Assembly (NCBI GenBank): GCA_964546285.1 | Contig: CAZJJK010000001.1 | Span: 38,131-102,130 of the forward strand | Length of the DNA stretch: 64,000 nucleotides | Source of the DNA: an uncultured Treponema sp. | GTDB lineage: Bacteria > Spirochaetota > Spirochaetia > Treponematales > Breznakiellaceae | Direction of reading: 5' to 3' | In this document: piece by piece, positions 56,936 through 64,000 of the stretch | Layout of the letters: every line of letters begins with the position of its first letter | Position numbering within the stretch: position 1 is the stretch's first letter | Notes under the pieces: model-generated | What the model was told of the DNA's origin: nothing | Seen by the model: only the letters and a program-made list of their open reading frames with translations | Databases searched by the model: none | Translations under genes and position numbers: made by a program

Positions 56936-57658
56936 TTAAGGCGTAAAACCCGCCAATTCCGCGATCCGCGAACGAACTGTCTCGGCTAAGGCGCGCTTTT
57001 TTTCGCTGGAAAGGCCTTTGGTGGGCATAGCTTCACCGTAGCGCACAATGACATCAGCCGGTCCAATACGGCTTCTTTCTTCCCAGACGCGCCAACTACC
57101 GCGTATCGCCACGGGAACTATAGGCGCGTCCGACAGAGTAGCTAGTTTCATAGCCCCCGCGCGAAATGGCAAAAGACAATCGCCCCTGCTGCGCGTGCCC
57201 TCAGGAAAGATAATCATAGCGCCGCCTAAGCGAATGCGTTCGGCGCCGGCGACTATCGCTTTGTAAGCCTTACCGGTATTTTTCCTGTCTATTAGAACGC
57301 CGCCTAAAATCCAGACCCAGAAACCAATCATCGGCATAAAAAGGACTTCTTTTTTCGCGGTAAAACCGAAAGGCCGCGGTATGGTAGCCAGCGCGACTAA
57401 AAGATCAAAATCCCCCGGATGATTGCCGACAAAACAGACACCCTCGTTTTTAGGAATGGCTTCAAGACCAGACACCAATAAACGTGATCCGGTAGCGGCT
57501 ATAGCCGCTTTAGCCCAATAACGACCGACTACCCACATGATAAAGGCGGCGGTCTTACCTAAACCAATCAGCCAAAACAAAAAACAAAAGAGCCCTATTG
57601 GAATGGCTAAAAACAAAGACAGCCATAAGCCGCTGAAAAACAAGATGGTTCTAAGCAT
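56936..57658 (-). CDS. plsC: 1-acyl-sn-glycerol-3-phosphate acyltransferase
   Basis: HX4D motif GNHPGDFD, FPEGTRS and an N-terminal membrane anchor. Confidence 0.88.
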   Translation of the reverse strand: MLRTILFFSGLWLSLFLAIPIGLFCFLFWLIGLGKTAAFIMWVVGRYWAKAAIAATGSRLLVSGLEAIPKNEGVCFVGNHPGDFDLLVALATIPRPFGFTAKKEVLFMPMIGFWVWILGGVLIDRKNTGKAYKAIVAGAERIRLGGAMIIFPEGTRSRGDCLLPFRAGAMKLATLSDAPIVPVAIRGSWRVWEERSRIGPADVIVRYGEAMPTKGLSSEKKRALAETVRSRIAELAGFTP

Positions 57659-57694
57659 AGATCGGTTCCCGAAGCATAAGGCTTCTAAGCTTAT

Positions 57695-58309
57695 TCATAG
57701 GGCGACACCGTTTTCTTTCAGCCATTCGCGGGCGCTAGCGGCGTCTTTCCATAAAATGGCCTGTACGCCAAGGGCGGCGGCGCCATCGATATTGGCTTGA
57801 AGGTCATCGAAAAAAACCACATCGGATGGCGGCAGGTCTAATCCTGATAGCAATTTATTGTAAAAAACCTTATCAGGCTTATTTGAGCCCAATTCACAGG
57901 AATAGACACCGACATCAACGGCGCTGAAAATGGGAAAACGCTTTCGCGCAAGGGCAAGAAATTCATGCGGCATATTGGAAGCTATGGCGACTTTTAGTCC
58001 GGCCGCTTTACAGTCATCCATTAATTTCACCGTATCGGTGTTAAGCGTAGCCCAACTTTCCAGGTCGCAACGCGCTAAGGCGGCGATTGTTCCTTCATCC
58101 GCCGCTTTACCCATAGACAGAAGTAATTGTTTATAAAAATCAGAGGCGGCGATATCGCCCCGATCATAATCGTTACGGTGATTACGGATATAAGCTATAA
58201 TCGCGTCCTCCGACAAGTCGGCGATTACTCCCAACATCGACATAGCGCCTTCTTCCTGAGGCAGGGATAAAACATTGCCATAATCAAACGCGACCGCTTT
58301 TATACTCAT
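57695..58309 (-). CDS. HAD-superfamily hydrolase, subfamily IA (YihX-like)
   Basis: Motif I AVAFDYGNVL, ASNM and VVFFDDLQANIDGA. Confidence 0.8.
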   Translation of the reverse strand: MSIKAVAFDYGNVLSLPQEEGAMSMLGVIADLSEDAIIAYIRNHRNDYDRGDIAASDFYKQLLLSMGKAADEGTIAALARCDLESWATLNTDTVKLMDDCKAAGLKVAIASNMPHEFLALARKRFPIFSAVDVGVYSCELGSNKPDKVFYNKLLSGLDLPPSDVVFFDDLQANIDGAAALGVQAILWKDAASAREWLKENGVAL

Positions 58310-58330
58310 TCCAGCTCCTCCTACACAAGC

Positions 58331-61300
58331 TCAACCGGCCAACGCGGCCAATTTCTCTCGAATAAATTCACTTTTTTGCTTCAATCCGACGGCTCCAGTT
58401 TTTAACACTAAAACATTTGGCGCTTTAGCGTCCAACATTACTCTTCCTGGGCTCTCCTTGATTAAGCGTACCACGCGGTCCGCTTTAACACGAGAGACCC
58501 GCGCGAACTCAACGCGAGCCATACCGCCTCGCTCACGCAGTGACGAAATCGCCAAATCCTTACAGATAATACGGATTTCCGCTAAAGCCATAAGACTGTA
58601 CGCTTCATCCGGCAAGGGACCAAAACGATCCAAAAGCTCGGCGTATACCCGCTCAAACTCATCACGGGTTTGGATGGCCGCTATTTTTTTATACACTTCC
58701 ATCTTTTCCTGCGCCGAATCGATGTAAGAATCCGGAATATACCCGGAATACTCAAGCTCTAAGTAGGTTTCCGTCTCAGCCTCATAGTGATCATCCTGAA
58801 GCTTTCTGACCGCCTCATCCAGCAGACGCAGATACAGATCAAAGCCTACCGCGTAAATATCGCCGGATTGCTCCCTGCCAAGAAGGTTACCCGCGCCTCG
58901 GATTTCCATATCCTTCATAGCGATTTTAAAACCGCTGCCCAATTCCGTAAAGTCCGATATAACTTGGAGCCGTTTCATCGCCACTTCCGATAAGGCCCGA
59001 TCTTTCGGATAAAATAAGTACGCGTAAGCGATACGATCCGAACGCCCGACCCGACCTCGGAGTTGGTATAATTGCGAAACGCCATACATATCCGCGCGAT
59101 CAATAATTATCGTATTGACGTTTGGAATATCAATTCCATTTTCAATAATTGTTGTGGAGACAAGAACATGGAAGCCCCCGTGGATGAAACGGTGCATAAC
59201 ATCTTCCAGATCGCCGGCGGCCATCTGGCCATGAGCGACATCCACCAACAACTCCGGGGTTAGCCTTTCCACCATTCGGCGGACTTCATTTAAGCTCTCA
59301 ACACGATTGTGAAGAAAGAAAACTTGCCCGCCTCTTTCGGCTTCGCCTCGGATAGCTTCCGCTATACGCTCTTCAGCGAATTCATCGATCCGCGTTTCTA
59401 TAGGGTGCCGATTGAGCGGCGGCGTTGTAAGCAAACTCATGTCCCGTATTTTCAACAGCGACATATGAAGGGTTCTTGGGATTGGGGTGGCGCTAAGGCT
59501 GAGACAATCGATATTGGTTTTAATTTCCTTGAGACGTTCTTTATCCTTAACGCCAAAACGCTGTTCCTCATCCACCACAAGCAGCCCAAGGTCTTTATAC
59601 ATAACATCTTTTTGGATAATTCTATGCGTACCGACTAATATATCGATTTCTCCGCGTTTTAGCCGCTCTAACGCGCTTTTAATATTTTTACGTTCGATAA
59701 AGCGGGACAGCATAGCCACGCGTATAGGAAATTGAGCGAAACGCTCCTGAAAATTCTCGTAATGTTGCTCAGCCAAGATGGTAGTTGGAGCCAAGAAAGC
59801 TACCTGCTTCCCTCCCATCACCGCCTTAAAACAAGCGCGTACAGCGACTTCGGTCTTGCCATACCCAACATCGCCGCAGACCAAGCGATCCATGGGCGAG
59901 GGGCTTTCCATATCCCGCTTTATTTCCTCAACACAGCGCAATTGATCTTCAGTCTCATCAAACGGGAAAGCCGCCTCAAACGCGGTCTGCCATTCGGTAT
60001 CACTGGGAAAGGCGAAACCTTGAGCGGCGCGCCGTTTTGAATAAAGGCTTATCAATTTTTCCGCAATGTCCTCTACGGATTTACGGACCCTTCCTTTTCT
60101 ATTTTCCCAACTTTTAGAACCTATCTTATCCAGACGCGGCGGGGAACCTTCATTCCCAATATATCTTTGCACCATATTGACTTGTTCAATAGGTACAAAA
60201 ACCGTCTCCTCATCGGCGTACAGTAGCCTTATATAATCTCTTTCATGACCCAGCGCCCGGATCCGTTCAATCCCCTCAAACAGTCCTATACCATAATTAA
60301 CATGAACTACAAAATCACCAGGATTGAGCTCAACAAAGGTATCTATAACAGCGCTCCGAACCTGCTTAAGCGAACGGGGCGGCCTTTTCCTCCTGCCAAA
60401 TATTTCATTTTCTTGTATTAAGATAAGCTTAATATCAGGCAGAGCGAATCCAGCGCTGAACGGTAAGGCGGCGACTATGGCCGGGGTATCTTTCAGCATA
60501 TCCCCAAGTCTGCCAGCTTGAATATCCGACTCCGCTAGGACCAAAGTCTTCCAGCCGTTTTTCGCCAGTCCAGATAATTCTTCTTTCAGGTATGTAATAT
60601 TTCCAAAGAAACTACGCGGCGGATCGCAATTAAGCGAAATTCGTTCCTCGCCGCCTTTCTTTAATCCAAAAAATGAAATACAGCGATGCCTCTCTTTCGC
60701 CAGCTCGTTAAAGTTCAATAAAATTTTCTCGGCGGGAGGTACCGCGCGTTCTCGCCTCGCCTTCACATAGAGGCCGCTATATTCCCGCTCCAAAGCTTCC
60801 ATACCGTTTTGCAGACGTTCATAATCAAAAAAAACAACATGCGCCTTAGAGCTAAGATAGGAAAGAACGGAGACAGGAGCGTCAAAAGCCAGGGGATATA
60901 TTATTTCCTCGCCAGCAACGGAACGACGGGTTATCAACGTTTCAATAATCGGCTTTATTAGTTCCTTATCATTGACACAGACGTTTAAATGGCGATCCAC
61001 CATTTCCACGCGTTCATCGGTCCAAACCACTTCCTTAACCGGCGGAATAGCGAGTTCTCTGACAGAACCGAGACTGGCCTGTCCTTCCACCTCAAAACGC
61101 TTAATCGCCTCCAATTTGTCGTATTCGAATAAGAGTCTATACGCGCTATCCCCGCCTGGAGGAAAAATGTCCAAAACCTCGCCTCTAAGCGCGAATTCAC
61201 CATGAAGCTGAACTCTAGGTACACGGTTATAGCCATAAGCGCTTAGCGACGCGGCGACCTTCACCGTATCAAAGCCAACGCCAAGCGATAAGCGGAGGAC

Positions 61301-61723
61301 TAAAGACTTTATATAGTCTGGCGGCGGAACTGGCGTAAGGAAGGCGCGCTCCGATGCGATAACAACCCCTTCCTGGTTAAAAGCCAAATCCGCTAATACA
61401 GCCGAACGCTCGCCAAAAACCGCCGATAACGGAGCGGCATCCCGATACGGCAGCGTTCCCCACCAAGGCAAGCGCTTTACTTGAATTCCAGCGCTTAACA
61501 AATCCGATGCGAGACTTTCTTCTTCTACCTGAGTCGGTGTTACCACAAGCAGAGGACAAGGCGAACGATGATGGAATTCGGCTATCAACAAAGCGGCAAA
61601 CGACGCTTCGGCGCCTTCCAAGGCGAGGGGGAAAGCTCCAGCGCTAAAGGCCGCTAAAGGTGCGGTAAAAGCCTTAGATTTTCGTATTTGGGCGAATAAT
61701 TCAGGAAAGGATAAGGTATTCAT
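58331..61723 (-). CDS. mfd: Transcription-repair coupling factor
   Basis: UvrB-homology N-terminus, RNAP-interaction domain (GDFVVHVNYGIGLFEG), helicase motifs DRLVCGDVGYGKTEVA, VVDEEQRFG and QLRGRVGRS, and the TRG region. Confidence 0.95.
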   Translation of the reverse strand: MNTLSFPELFAQIRKSKAFTAPLAAFSAGAFPLALEGAEASFAALLIAEFHHRSPCPLLVVTPTQVEEESLASDLLSAGIQVKRLPWWGTLPYRDAAPLSAVFGERSAVLADLAFNQEGVVIASERAFLTPVPPPDYIKSLVLRLSLGVGFDTVKVAASLSAYGYNRVPRVQLHGEFALRGEVLDIFPPGGDSAYRLLFEYDKLEAIKRFEVEGQASLGSVRELAIPPVKEVVWTDERVEMVDRHLNVCVNDKELIKPIIETLITRRSVAGEEIIYPLAFDAPVSVLSYLSSKAHVVFFDYERLQNGMEALEREYSGLYVKARRERAVPPAEKILLNFNELAKERHRCISFFGLKKGGEERISLNCDPPRSFFGNITYLKEELSGLAKNGWKTLVLAESDIQAGRLGDMLKDTPAIVAALPFSAGFALPDIKLILIQENEIFGRRKRPPRSLKQVRSAVIDTFVELNPGDFVVHVNYGIGLFEGIERIRALGHERDYIRLLYADEETVFVPIEQVNMVQRYIGNEGSPPRLDKIGSKSWENRKGRVRKSVEDIAEKLISLYSKRRAAQGFAFPSDTEWQTAFEAAFPFDETEDQLRCVEEIKRDMESPSPMDRLVCGDVGYGKTEVAVRACFKAVMGGKQVAFLAPTTILAEQHYENFQERFAQFPIRVAMLSRFIERKNIKSALERLKRGEIDILVGTHRIIQKDVMYKDLGLLVVDEEQRFGVKDKERLKEIKTNIDCLSLSATPIPRTLHMSLLKIRDMSLLTTPPLNRHPIETRIDEFAEERIAEAIRGEAERGGQVFFLHNRVESLNEVRRMVERLTPELLVDVAHGQMAAGDLEDVMHRFIHGGFHVLVSTTIIENGIDIPNVNTIIIDRADMYGVSQLYQLRGRVGRSDRIAYAYLFYPKDRALSEVAMKRLQVISDFTELGSGFKIAMKDMEIRGAGNLLGREQSGDIYAVGFDLYLRLLDEAVRKLQDDHYEAETETYLELEYSGYIPDSYIDSAQEKMEVYKKIAAIQTRDEFERVYAELLDRFGPLPDEAYSLMALAEIRIICKDLAISSLRERGGMARVEFARVSRVKADRVVRLIKESPGRVMLDAKAPNVLVLKTGAVGLKQKSEFIREKLAALAG

Positions 61724-61773
61724 GACGGATTCCGATTACTATAATAGCGAAATCTTTGATTGGGGAGCGCATT

Positions 61774-62733
61774 GTGAAACGATTGTCGTTGATCGCCGCC
61801 ATCGTTATCGTCGTCATTGGGCACGCGAGCGCCTCGGATGTGGAAGTGACCATCCGGTTTTTCGATAAACGCATATACTATACAGAAGCGTCCAGCGGAC
61901 CTATTTATGTTCAGATGACGCTCTCCAACCGCGGCGCCGACACTTTCCGTTTTAAGCTAGCGGATGAACGCGGCTTCAGTTTGGATTTCGATGTTAGGAC
62001 AACGGCTAACCGCGCCCTAGACCCTTCTGAAATTCTTATCAGAAAGCGCAAGCAAGATCAATTGCTCTTTTTCCGTGAAGTAGCTCTTGAACCAGGCGAA
62101 TCCTTCTCCTTTCATGAAGATCTTCGGTCCTATGTGTCCTTTCCCTCCCCTGGCGCTTATATCGTTCGAGCCTCATTCTATCCCGAATTACGTCGAACCT
62201 TGTCAGAAAACTCGACGCCCTTCGCCTTATTATCCAACTATCTTAACCTTAATATAAACCCACGTCCCTTGATAGACTCAGAAATTCCATCCGTTGTCGA
62301 TATAGAAAGCGGGGCCCTTTTAGCGCGTGAAAGACTCCCACCAGACGAAGTTGTCGCCTATACGCTTAACGCGCGTCAAAAGAACCAGTGGGAAAAGTAT
62401 TTCCTCTATTTGGATTTAGAGTCTCTGTTGACACGCGATCCCTCAAAAGAACGCGCCTGGCGAGCCGAATCGGAAGAAGGCCGGCAAGGTCTGCTTGAAC
62501 GATACCGTGAAGACTTGAAAGCCTCCATAGTGGATGGTGACATCTCGATAATACCGATCGATTTTGAGATACAGCGTACAAGCTACGGCGGTGATGAAGG
62601 GAGCGTCAGCGTTATTGAATACTTCCGTTATGGTAACTTGACCGAAAGAAAATTGTATACATATTATCTACGAAAGATGGATGGTCTTTGGGTAATATAT
62701 GACTACACGGTTGTGAATTTAGCGTATGAATAG
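61774..62733 (+). CDS. Secreted hypothetical protein
   Basis: GTG 61774 preceded by GGGGAGcgcatt gives MKRLSLIAAIVIVVIGHASA|S. The track start TTG 61756 is less likely. No family recognised. Confidence 0.65.
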   Translation: MKRLSLIAAIVIVVIGHASASDVEVTIRFFDKRIYYTEASSGPIYVQMTLSNRGADTFRFKLADERGFSLDFDVRTTANRALDPSEILIRKRKQDQLLFFREVALEPGESFSFHEDLRSYVSFPSPGAYIVRASFYPELRRTLSENSTPFALLSNYLNLNINPRPLIDSEIPSVVDIESGALLARERLPPDEVVAYTLNARQKNQWEKYFLYLDLESLLTRDPSKERAWRAESEEGRQGLLERYREDLKASIVDGDISIIPIDFEIQRTSYGGDEGSVSVIEYFRYGNLTERKLYTYYLRKMDGLWVIYDYTVVNLAYE

Positions 62734-62742
62734 GAGGAACGG

Positions 62743-63117
62743 GTGAGTTTCGGAAGTTATATTGATACGGCTCCGCTTTTTGAAATAACGAAATACCATG
62801 GTGGTCCCCCTCAAGACGCCGTTTCCTTCGTCGGATATCCCCGTCAGCATCCTTATGAGGTGGAAAAAATCATTCTTGTTAATGAGCCGCTTGGCGCTGC
62901 TCCCCGAATAATGGAATTCAAGCTTAGCGATATTGTCTACATAGAAGAACAAGCGGCTCAGGTAAACGAATCCGGCGAAAGCTTTCCCCTCATGAAAATA
63001 TGGGTTAAGCGTGGCGCCTTTGGGGTTATTCATGAGCCCTTTGAGGTACAGGATCCTATAAAACTAATGCGCGATTCAAAGGAATTACACGAAAGGATTA
63101 TGCGCAGCTTTAAGTAA
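62743..63117 (+). CDS. Hypothetical cytoplasmic protein (124 aa)
   Basis: GTG start preceded by a strong RBS (tAGGAGGaacggGTG), 9 nt after the upstream stop. No family recognised. Confidence 0.6.
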   Translation: MSFGSYIDTAPLFEITKYHGGPPQDAVSFVGYPRQHPYEVEKIILVNEPLGAAPRIMEFKLSDIVYIEEQAAQVNESGESFPLMKIWVKRGAFGVIHEPFEVQDPIKLMRDSKELHERIMRSFK

Positions 63118-63131
63118 AGCTAAGCTGTTTT
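63104..63131 (+). terminator. Hairpin plus T-run enclosing the stop codon of the 124-aa gene
   Basis: cagctt (63104-63109) / aagctg (63121-63126), then ttttt (63127-63131). Confidence 0.4.
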
Positions 63132-63154
63132 TCACGTTCTCGCGCTTGCGGCTA

Positions 63155-63487
63155 TTATCGCCAGAAATAAAGCACAAGAACTATGGATAATACTAGAAGA
63201 GCCGAAGCAAGCAGGTAAACCCAGACAGGCAAAGCTCCAGCAGGCAAGTAGTCATCAGAAGATGAAGGCGCTTTTCCCTTAAGCCCCCCTTCGGGGTCTT
63301 TTCCGTGATCGCCTTTCCTCGACGTAGAATAGCCACAGCGGGGGCAACCATTAACAAATTCTTTTTCCTCGCCTGAGTAAGCGCATTTTGGACATTTTAC
63401 GGAAGCAAATAGCCGTCCACATTTAGGACAGCTGAGAGCGTCTCGCTTGACCTCAGCTCCGCAATATTCACAGAAAAAGCGAGGCAC
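63155..63487 (-). CDS. Membrane-anchored double zinc-ribbon protein
   Basis: CEYCG-x12-CPKCG and CPKC-x13-CPRCG, a basic/Gly linker, and a C-terminal TM helix LPVWVYLLASALLVLSIVLVLYFW. Confidence 0.7.
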   Translation of the reverse strand: MPRFFCEYCGAEVKRDALSCPKCGRLFASVKCPKCAYSGEEKEFVNGCPRCGYSTSRKGDHGKDPEGGLKGKAPSSSDDYLPAGALPVWVYLLASALLVLSIVLVLYFWR

Positions 63488-63489
63488 CG

Positions 63490-63834
63490 TTATGGCGCGG
63501 CCTTTTCCGTGGCCGTAGTAGCGCTTTTTCCCTTATCAGAGGCTTTTGCCGTTTCTGATCCGCCAGCCGCCGTTCCCGTATTTGATCCCGTTGATTTTGA
63601 ACTTTCCGAGGAGCTTGAGTCTGAAGGGGAATTTTTAGTAGATCGCGATGGCGCTTTATTATTATCTGTTACATAAAACCCTTTCCCCTTAAAAATCACG
63701 CCTGAGCCGCCATTAATAACACGCCTTAGCTCTTTGCCGCAAAAGGGACATACCTTAAGAGGCGGATCGCTCATATTCTGAAAAACATCAATATGTTTCA
63801 GGCAAGCTTTGCATTCATATTCATAGGTCGGCAT
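63490..63834 (-). CDS. FmdB-family (CxxC_CxxC_SSSS) zinc-ribbon protein with a Ser/Thr-rich tail
   Basis: MPTYEYECKACLKHIDVFQNMSDPPLKVCPFCGKELRRV is the canonical FmdB N-terminus. Low-complexity S/T/G/A tail. Confidence 0.85.
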   Translation of the reverse strand: MPTYEYECKACLKHIDVFQNMSDPPLKVCPFCGKELRRVINGGSGVIFKGKGFYVTDNNKAPSRSTKNSPSDSSSSESSKSTGSNTGTAAGGSETAKASDKGKSATTATEKAAP

Positions 63835-63886
63835 AAAAACATTTCCTTGTATAACGGGATGATAATCCGCCGTTTTGGCCGATCAG

Positions 63887-63915
63887 AATATACTCACGCA
63901 CCGTAAAGAAGTAAA
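63887..63915 (-). promoter_or_regulatory. Candidate promoter for the two zinc-ribbon genes: TTTACT-17 nt-TATATT (minus strand)
   Basis: The reverse complement of 63910-63915 is tttact and of 63887-63892 is tatatt, with a 17-nt spacer, about 50 nt upstream of ATG 63834, which has an AAGGAA RBS. Confidence 0.3.
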
Positions 63916-63953
63916 GCCCTGAAAAAGGCGTAAGGTGTTCTTAAAACACAAGC

Positions 63954-64000
63954 TATAGAGGTTCTTGCAAAAGTTGGAGACTTCTGAAAGCGCCTCTATA
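63954..64000. repeat. Palindromic intergenic repeat, copy D (reaches the window edge)
   Basis: tatagaggttcttgcaaaagttggagacttctgaaagcgcctctata. The termini tatagagg / cctctata are perfect inverted repeats. The core is near-identical to 19789-19840. Confidence 0.6.

Noticed and set aside
1-64000. Scan for CRISPR arrays, transposases, integrases, toxin-antitoxin pairs, restriction-modification or known defence genes, and rRNA
   Set aside because: None recognised. The DUF1998 helicase pair looks like MrfAB-type repair genes rather than a defence system, and no regular repeat-spacer arrays are visible.

Overview
Dense, almost entirely housekeeping chromosomal window from a diderm bacterium (LolCDE-like, LptD/OstA-like and Wza-like genes). 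A spirochaete origin is a tentative guess only. About 48 protein genes, one tRNA-Val, and no rRNA, CRISPR array, transposase, integrase or prophage genes that I could recognise. Recognisable genes: rnfC (5' part, missed by the ORF track), RluA-type pseudouridine synthase, pcnB, RumA/RlmD-type methyltransferase, glgA and glgC (unlinked), a Wza/Wzz-like export pair, a cysteine desulfurase-thiI pair, a YprA/YprB (MrfA/MrfB)-like helicase-exonuclease pair, a 14.3 kb co-directional chain prfB-PEGA protein-ftsY-lolCDE-mcsA-mcsB-clpC-FAH-avtA, the phoH-pgpH-ybeY-corC cluster, uvrA translationally coupled to an LptD-like gene, plsC and mfd. prfB has the classical +1 frameshift site, so the ORF track shows it truncated. 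Observations most worth follow-up: (1) an mcsA-mcsB-clpC module whose McsB homologue has lost the guanidino-kinase active-site signature; (2) a 1255-aa Wza-like protein with about 10 SLBB-like repeats, paired only with a kinase-less Wzz; (3) Gln at the first mature position after 8 of 10 predicted signal peptides; (4) a short palindromic intergenic repeat family with 4 copies; (5) a P-loop/Asp23 fusion protein. I see no convincing defence island or mobile element. All family calls come from by-eye motif recognition, with no database search.
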